A stretch of 64,000 nt of DNA. It comes from Hydrolagus colliei (taxonomy: Eukaryota). Of the stretch, positions 56,223-64,000 are shown piece by piece; position 1 is the stretch's first letter, and every line of letters begins with the position of its first letter. The DNA lies in assembly GCA_035084275.1 (NCBI GenBank), contig CM068778.1:1426001-1490000 (forward strand), read 5' to 3'. Under the pieces are notes generated by a model. The model was not told the DNA's origin. It searched no databases and saw nothing but the letters and a program-made list of their open reading frames with translations. A program made the position numbers and the translations under genes.

Positions 56223-59200
56223 ATGGAGAGGTTTCACAGTTTCTCGGAGAAGAGTTTTCGGAAAGAAGCCATTTTCCAGATAATGTACATCATCTACCCT
56301 GCCCTCGCCCTGGTCGGCGTGCTTGGTGAGTTGGTGGAGATGCTTTGCTTTGTGATTGACTGTAAATTTGCCTTGATTGGTGAGAACCCTGACAACATTG
56401 TTCCAATTAAACTGGATTCATTTTACAGCAATTGTGAGTGTTGTCTGTGTAATACAATTGGCATTTAGACAGTGCTCGGCTCAACATTAATTCAAACATG
56501 CAATAAATATTCTTAGCTTTGTCTCCCGTCAGCTCCTTCTCCCTTTGAGGCTACTGACAGCATCAACCTTCATTGGATGTGCAATGCATCTCTCCCAGCA
56601 GATGTGGGCATTGAAACCTCACTCGATCAGATGGCCCCCACCATCACCTCCGCCACATCAGGTCACTGAGATCCTCATCGGTGCCCTCACCAGGACTAGG
56701 CTCGGTTACTCTAACTATTTCCTGGTTCAACTCCCCAACCTTTCCCTCCACAATCTGCAGGTTAATGGCCACGATCTTTCAATCTTCCTTGGACACAGGG
56801 GTCGTGCCAGAGGACTGGAGGATAGCTAATATTACTCCCTTGTATAAAAAGGGGCAGAAGAACAAGCCTGGTAACTACAGACCAGTCAGTCTAACGTCGG
56901 TAGTGGGCAAACTTCTAGAGTCCATAATCAGGGACAAGGTAGATCTTCACTTAGAAAGATATAGGCTAATAAAGGACAGTCAACATGGATTTGTTAAAGG
57001 CAAATCTTGCCTTACAAATCTGATATAAGTTTTTTGATGAGGTAACGGAATGGGTGGATAATGGTAGCGCAGTTGATGTAGTTTACATGGACTTTCAAAA
57101 GGCATTTGACAAAGTGCCACATGAGAGACTTATTATGAAATTAAAGGCCCATGGCGTAAAAGGGACAGTGGCTGCGTGGATCCACAACTGGCTGCGAGAC
57201 AGAAAGCAGAGAGTTGTAGTGAGCGGCTGTTTTTCAGATTGGAGGGAAGTGAGCAGTGGTGTGCCACAGGGATCGGTTTTGGGACCATTGCTGTTTGTAA
57301 TCTACATCAATGATCTGGACTTGGGTGTATGGAGTACAGTTTCCAAGTTTGCAGATGACACTAAGTTAGGGAGAATAGTAAATAGTGAGGAGGATAGTAG
57401 CCATCTGCAAGAGGATATAGACAAATTGGTAAAGTGGGCAGACACATGGCAGATGAAGTTTAATGCAGAGAAGTGTGAGGTGATGCATTTTGGGAGAAGA
57501 AATGAAGGGAGGCAATATAGGCTAGATAGTACAATTTTAAATGGTGTGAAGGAACAGAGAGACCTGGGGATTTGTGTTAGTGACTCGTTGAAGGTGGCAG
57601 GACAGGTAGACAAGGCTGTTAAGAAGGCATATGGGATACTAGGCTTTATAAATAGGGGTATAGAGTACAAAAGTCAGGAAGTGCTGACTAACCTCTATAA
57701 CACTTTGGTGAGGCCTCAGCTGGAATACTGTGTTCAATTCTGGTCACCACACTACAGAAAGGATGTGAAGACATTGGAAAGGGTACAACGAAGATTTACT
57801 AGGATGGTGCCACGATTGAGGGACTTCAGCTATGAGGAGAGGCTAGATAGGCTAGGGTTATTCTCTCTGGAGCAGAGAAGATTGAGGGGAGACCTAATAG
57901 AGGTTTATAAGATCATTAAGGGTTTCGACAGGGCAAATAGAGAAAAACTATTTCCACTCGTGGGCGAATCTGTGACTCGTGGTCACAGATTTAAAATAGT
58001 TTCAAGGCGAAGTAGAGGGGAGCTGAGGAGAAATTTTTTCACTCAGCGAGTTGTTCGAATCTGGAATGCATTGCCTGAAAAGGTGGTGGAGGCTGATTCG
58101 ACAACAACTTTTAAAAGGGAATTAGATCTTTATTTCGGGAGAACAGGTCTATTAGGCTATGGGGAGCGGGCAGGGCAGTGGGATTGAATCGCTCTTTTCA
58201 AAGAGCCGGCACAGACTAGATGGGCCGAATGGCCTCCTTTTGTGCCGTAAACTTCTATGAATCTATGAATCTGTGAAACACTGAATATCGTGTCCCCTCC
58301 CGTACTAAACTCTTGACCCGACCGCTCCCACCCTCGCCTGGCTTCACTGTGTCTCCATCCCCCAGAACATTGAATTCAAGATCCTCCTCCTAGCCTACTT
58401 GGCTTTAAAAGTCTTCCGTGGGGACCACTCTGTGAGTTCATCATGCCCTGTCCCCATCTCCCCCACGACAGTGCCTATCACTCAACTAATACATCACTTC
58501 TCGACGTCCCAACTCCCTCTGTCCTGCCATCACCAGTGACGCTTTCAGCCATGAGGTGTACACTCTCTAGACCTCGATTCCTTCAATCGATAATCAATAA
58601 TAATGACATTTTTATAACACCTTTCACGTCGGGAGGACATCCGAAGGCACTGAACAGTCAGGTAGGGATCAGAGTGGTGGAGGGGGAGGGGTCGGAGAGT
58701 AGGAAAATTGACTGTATATATGTTTGTGGGCGAAACGCGGCAGCCAGATTGCCCCCAGCAGTGTCCCACAAACAGTCAGGGAAGTGGGGTTAGGGGAGGA
58801 AGGGTGGTGGGGGGGAATGGCAAGGTGAGGGTAGGGAGAAGAAGAGCAGGAAAACCGACTGTATACTTGTGGGCGAAATGTCTGTCTGTTTCTAGAAGGA
58901 TTTCCTCAATAATCTCTGCCTCGCTGCTTCCATCCCCTCTTTACAGAAACTCCTCAAAACCATCTCAGTCATCTTTCCCTCGCCTCCAGCCCTTGGCTCA
59001 GTTGACCAGTCAGAACTCTCAGGTTCTTTGGGGTGTCCTGCAACTGTGAAAGGTGCTCAATAATGTATAATGTGTAAATTGTGTTGCATTTGATTTACAA
59101 TCCAGCTTCCCAGGATTTAGTGTGAACCTTCCTCTCTTTTCACCTAGATCTTGCAAGTCTTATATTAATAATTCTTGCATTTGATATAGCACTTTTTTCA

Positions 59201-61470
59201 CATCTTATCGATGTCCCAAAGCGCTTCACAGAATATACTGTAAAGTGAATTGACGGTATATATATTTGTGGGTGAATCGCGGCAGCCAATTGCGCACAGC
59301 AGCGTCCCCCCACCCACACAGTCGTGGATTGAAATGAACAATTTTATTATCGTGTTTTTTTTTTGAGGGATTATTATTAGGCGTGTGGAGTAAGGAAACT
59401 TGCCCGAGGTTTCGCCCTGACCTGCCTGGATTTGAACACAGGTCGGTCTCCCCAGCTTGGTCCTCAGCCTGGTCTCCCCAGCTTGCTAGACAAGTGCTCT
59501 AACCACTGAGCCACAGGAGCTGAAGACCTGCACACAAGTCCTGTAGTTCAGTGGTTACAGCACTCAACTCGCAAGTGAGAGACCTGGATTCGGCAAACTT
59601 CCTTACTCCACACACACTCCTGGTAATAATCCCTTGGAAAAAATAATAATAATTTGGCCACTCAACCTACCACTGTTTGTGGGACGCTGCTGTGTGAAAT
59701 TGGCTGCCATGTTTTGCCCACAAATATACAGTCAATTTACTGTATAGTACATTCTGCAAAGGGCTTTGCGACTTCTGCAAGACGTGAATAGCATTAAATT
59801 AAATGCAAGGATTATTATTATTAGATCTTTAGCATCCACCTGAGCTGCCAATCAGGGGCTTAGCTGAAGGGCACTGTTCTGGAGCATCAGCTGAGACCAA
59901 GTGATTGCAAGTCGCGAACCCACAACCTTCTAACTCTGGGATGAGAGCGCGAGGATACGCGATGTCACCCCAAACCTAAGTTGTCTTTCTGGAACCAAAA
60001 CAGACACGTTTAAACCAGAGATCTTTCCTTCCAGTCAAAAATTAGCCAGTTCCTTCACTCAGAGGGTAGTGAATTTATGGAATTCTTCACTCAGAGGGTA
60101 GTGAATTTATGCAATTCTTCACTCAGACGGTAGTGAATTTATGGAATTCACTACCCCAGAAGGCTGTAGATGCTCAGTCCTTGAACATTTTCAAGGCTGA
60201 GACTGATAGATTTTTGAAAAATAGAGTGATTAGGGGATATGGGGATAGGGCAGGTAATCAGAGTTTAGGTGAGAAGATCACCCATGATCTTACTGAATGG
60301 CGGGGCAGGCTCGAAGGGCTGAATGGCCTACTCCTGCTCCTAATTCTTATGTTCTTAACCTTCTAACTCTGGGATGAGAGTGCAAGGATATGCGATGTCA
60401 CCCCAAACCTAAGTTATCCTTCTGGAACCAAAACAGACACGTTTAAACCAGATATTTTTCCTTCCAGTCAAAAATTAGCCAGTTCCTCTCTCTCTCTCTC
60501 CCCCCCCACTCTCTTGCACACACTCATATACAATCTCTCTCCCGCTCTCGGCATGTGTGCTACAGGTAACTTGTTGACGATTGTGATCCTGTCGCGAGGA
60601 AACTGCGGCCTGTCCAAGCGCATCACTCACTATCTCGTCGCCATGGCGGCAGCCGACCTGTTGGTGGTGCTCTCCGACGTCGTGTTGACGCGAATGAACT
60701 TCCTTTTCTACCCCGTCTGCTTCCTGGACCTGACCGTGGCCTGCTCTCTGCTGACCGCAGCGCTGTGCGTGGCCGCCGACAGCTCGGCCTGGCTGACCGC
60801 GGCCTTCACCTTCGACCGTTTCCTGGCCATCTGCCGGCCTGGGGCGGGCAGCCTCGCGAGGCCCGAGAGGACAACGGGGGCAGTGATCGGCGCCATCTGG
60901 GTGCTGAGCTGCGCCAGCAACGTTCCCTGGTACCTGACGTACGAGCCGTGGTTCACGGTCGGAGGCACATCGTGGTTCTGCAGGACCAAGGACAGCGTCT
61001 ACACTTCTCGGGCCTGGGCGGCCTTCCATTGGGTGGACATCACGCTGACCCCATTCGCTCCGTTCGTTTTGATTGTGACCCTCAACTTCCTGACAGTCCG
61101 GCACATATTAGTCGCCAACCGGATCCGCAGGAACCTGGTGAGCCGAAGCCAGGGCCAGGGCAGCGTCCCAGACCCCGAGACCGAGAACAGGAGAAAGTGC
61201 GTGGTTTTACTCTTCGCCATTTCCGGAAGCTTCATGCTGCTCTGGGCCACCTACGTTGTCTATGTGATTTACGGCCAAATCGTCAACTACTACTACAGAG
61301 GTTACAACCACCCAGTCTACGTGCTGTACCACTCGTCCATTATGCTGCAGCTGTTGAACAGTGTAACTAACACGTGCGTTTACGCCATCACGCAGACGAA
61401 ATTCAGAGAGGAGGTGAAGAAGGCAGCGAAATACCCTTTCATTTTAATGATTAAAGTGTGTAAACAGTGA
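56223..61470 (+). CDS. Class A orphan GPCR, GPR139/GPR142-like (2 exons)
   Basis: Exon 1 56223-56325 (...IYPALALVGVL G|GTGAGT), exon 2 60566-61470 (CTACAG|GT AAC); seven hydrophobic helices, GN in TM1, AxADL in TM2, FDRF in TM3, NxxxY-like TM7. Confidence 0.88.
56540..58420 (+). mobile_element. Old L2-like fragment interrupted by a CR1
   Basis: L2-like remnants at about 56540-56756 and 58280-58420 (...ATTGAATTCAAGATCCTCCTC) flank the CR1. Confidence 0.5.
56757..58272 (+). mobile_element. 5'-truncated CR1 LINE (RT domain) in GPCR intron
   Basis: NYRPVSLTS, VVYMDFQKAFDKVPH, GVPQGSVLGP, FADD; one frameshift/stop near 57025; TCTATGAA tail. Confidence 0.93.
59172..59822. mobile_element. Head-to-head pair of tRNA-derived Deu-SINEs
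   Basis: Minus copy about 59172-59520 and plus copy about 59533-59822, each with tRNA-like head, Deu core and L2-like tail. Confidence 0.7.
60055..60356 (+). mobile_element. Short CR1 3' fragment flanked by 131-bp direct repeats
   Basis: FFTQTVVNLWNSLP..., TTCTTATG tail; flanking repeats 59924-60054 and 60357-60487. Confidence 0.85.
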
Positions 61471-61557
61471 AGCACTGCTTGGTTGGTGTCTAAAAGGCTG
61501 AATATTGGTGTTTTGTACAAGCCAAAGAATGTATATTTGTATAATGTATTCTTTACG

Positions 61558-61675
61558 GAGTCCTGTAGCTCATTGGTTGGAGCGCTCATCCGCCTTACAA
61601 GCACGAGAGACCTGGGTTCAAATGCAGGCAGGTCAGGGCAAAACCTTGGGCAAGTTTCCTTACTCCACACACACA

Positions 61676-61713
<38 letters not shown>

Positions 61714-61905
61714 CCTTATAATAATCCCTCCAAAAAAAAACACAATAATTGGTCATTTCAATCCATGACTATTTGTGGGGACGCTGCTGTGCGCAATTGG
61801 TTGCCGCGATTCACCCAACAAATATACAGTCAATTCACTTTGCAGTATATTCCATGAAGCACTTTGAGACGTCTAGAAGATGGGAAACGCGCTAAATAAA
61901 AAATC
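61558..61905 (+). mobile_element. Near full-length tRNA-derived Deu-SINE
   Basis: A-box TAGCTCATTGG, B-box GGTTCAAAT, Deu core, L2-like 3' tail. Confidence 0.75.
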
Positions 61906-62550
61906 CAAGAATCCATAGCTATTGTACATTATTTAGTCACCGCAAACATATACACACTCACACACATACACACACACACACACACATAAACCAGCCTCTC
62001 CCCTGCCAACACCTGCCTCAGTCTCTGCCAAAATTAAGCACATCAACACAGTCGATCGAGAGATAGAGCAAAAGAGTTTCAGAGCCAGAGTGGTCACGGT
62101 TCTGTCTCGTCTGCTCTCCACACTTTTCCCTCTGTGTCTCTGTCTCTGAATCTGGAATCAATTTTGGAAGCTTCTGTCCATACCCTAGGGGAGGCTGCAG
62201 CTTGACTAAGACAACTCCGCTCCACCCCACATCTCCATCTCCCACCAATGTCCAAATCTGCGTGTGTGAGGGTGGGGGGGGGGGTGGGGGAGGGGAACGA
62301 AACAGTCACTTCCTATGTGGTGCCGACACTTTGATGTGATTGGTGCATTTACTCTGCCAGACCTTCACTCCACAGAGACAGAGAGTGAGAGACAACCATA
62401 GCGAACTATGGGTTCGTGAGAGAGTGGATTGCTTTTGAGGACGTTAAATAGGTAAAGGTTGTGCGACTAATAAACAAAGATCGTGTGTGAGAGAGACGAC
62501 AGGAGAGATACCTGAACTCAGGTGTGAAAATCCCAAGGTTAATCTCAAAT

Positions 62551-62940
62551 CTCTGTCCTTTCTCACTGTCTCTCTCATCTTGACCCTCTGGCCCTGTGAG
62601 TATCTCTCCACATCTTTCAATTTCACTCAGGCTCCCATTCCCATTCGGATTCTACATTACCACCATTGCTTGTCCAAAATAATCCCGCTCATGTGTATAT
62701 GTGTGTGCAGGTGTTTGTGTTTGAAGGTGTATAATCCTTCAAATCCAACCAAGACATTCCCTGGTGGCAGGATGGTGAATAATATGTTGTCTTTGCAGGT
62801 CTGTCACAGGGCAGAGTTGGTGACTCAGTGGCCGGGGATAGTCACAGCCAGAGGGGGAGACAATGTGACTCTGAGATGTTACCAAAAGCAGAAAACCCAT
62901 CCAATAATGCTCTGGTACCTCCAACCCCATCAGGGAGGCT
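62551..62940 (+). pseudogene. TRBV: Plus-strand TRBV pseudogene
   Basis: Leader lacks ATG, +1 frameshift at the start of the V exon (62799), truncated after HQGG. Confidence 0.85.
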
Positions 62941-63196
62941 GTCTACTCCAAACACATAGAGGTTAGAGTAGACATGGCTGCGTCTCGCCTTACTGGGACT
63001 AAATGAAGACGAGGGGAGTGTCCGTGTGAGACAGTGAGAGGCAACGTTTGGGTGACAGGGGGAGTGCTATCAAGTAGGAAATAGGAAGTGAGCCAGTAAG
63101 ATATAAAGTGTGTATGTGAGAGAGAGGGAGATAGTGGCAGAGGTACCTGAGCTATGGTGTGAAGATCCTCAGGTGAATCTCAAATCTCTGCCAACA

Positions 63197-63764
63197 ATGA
63201 GTCTGTCGTTTCTCACTGTCTCTCTGATCTCTATCCTCTGGCCCTGTGAGTATCTCTCCACGTCTCTCAATTCCCCTCAGGCTCCCATTCCCATCATGAT
63301 TCTACATTAACACCACTGCCTGTCCGAAATAATCCCGTTGTATATGTGTATAAGTGTGAGAGTGTGGAAGTCTGTGTGTGTTTCTATGTGTATAATCCTT
63401 GAAATCCGACCAGGACTTTCACTGTGGGCAGGATGGTGAATGATGTGTTGTCGTTTCAGGCCTGTCACTGGCAGAGTTGGTGACTCAGTGGCCGAGGACA
63501 GTCACAGCCAGAGAGGGAGAGACTGTGACCTTGAGATGTTACCAGATTGAATCAGCCCTGAATACAATGCTCTGGTACCTCCAACCCCACCAGGGAGGCC
63601 TCACATTGATCGGATATAACCGTTTACCACCATCAAATTATGAGGAGGGTTTTAAATCTGGCTACAACATCACAAAGATAAGTGACAACAAGGATTCCTC
63701 CCTGGAGATCTCCATCAGCAACACAGCCCAGGAGGGGGTGTATTACTGTGCTGCTAGAGAAGGG
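63197..63764 (+). CDS. TRBV: Plus-strand TRBV with open frame but mutated heptamer
   Basis: Leader 63197-63245, V exon 63460-63764; heptamer CGCAGCG 63765-63771, nonamer ACATAAACC 63795-63803. Confidence 0.88.
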
Positions 63765-64000
63765 CGCAGCGTGAGAGAGAGACAGATCTCTCATACATAA
63801 ACCTCACAAAGGATACACAACCACTCTCTTCACCACACACACAGACAGACGCACACACACAGAGACAGACACACACACACAAACCAGCCTTTCCTACACC
63901 AACACCTGTCCTCAGTCTCTGCAAAACATTACACACATCAATACAGCCGACAGTGAGACAGAGAGTGAAAAGATGAAGAGTTTAAAGTAGACACGGCTCC

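Noticed and set aside
60475-61370. Long alternative-frame and antisense ORFs over the GPCR
   Set aside because: Expected from the GC-rich codon usage of the real GPCR exon; no independent motifs.
61558-61640. tRNA gene
   Set aside because: It has A/B boxes but continues into Deu-SINE body and tail; no convincing cloverleaf.
213-63803. Alternative identity as IgH/IgL, TCR delta or NAR-TCR
   Set aside because: V-23, 12-D-23 and 12-J RSS layout, the GGGACAGGGGG D core and C-beta Ig/TM motifs all indicate TRB; no tandem double-V structure is seen.

Overview
This window is part of a T-cell receptor beta (TRB) locus. The host is most likely a cartilaginous fish, inferred from the C-beta hinge/TM style, the CR1/L2/Deu-SINE repeat set and a GPR139-like gene. 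Core unit on the minus strand: 10 intact-looking V segments plus relics (39.6-54.1 kb), one D-beta with the conserved GGGACAGGGGG core and 12/23 RSSs (38.8 kb), 3 intact J plus 2 pseudo-J, and a 5-exon C-beta (36568 to 28615) whose Ig domain is split over two exons. A very young, pol-deleted ERV with an open gag ORF and a tRNA-Ser PBS sits antisense in that domain-splitting intron. Downstream of C lie a candidate E-beta enhancer and a divergent inverted V (TRBV30-like position). Beyond it is a second array of 18 V segments in the SAME orientation as C (0.2-24.6 kb), which cannot join this D productively on the chromosome and implies another D-J-C to the left. On the right are CR1 fragments, a two-exon GPR139-like GPCR, and plus-strand V segments. 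Most notable: the multi-array architecture, germline V deletions breaking at or next to the RSS heptamer, CDR cassette shuffling among Vs, and the ERV inside C-beta. All coordinates and counts were read by eye, no database searches were run, and a 269-N gap lies inside C-beta.
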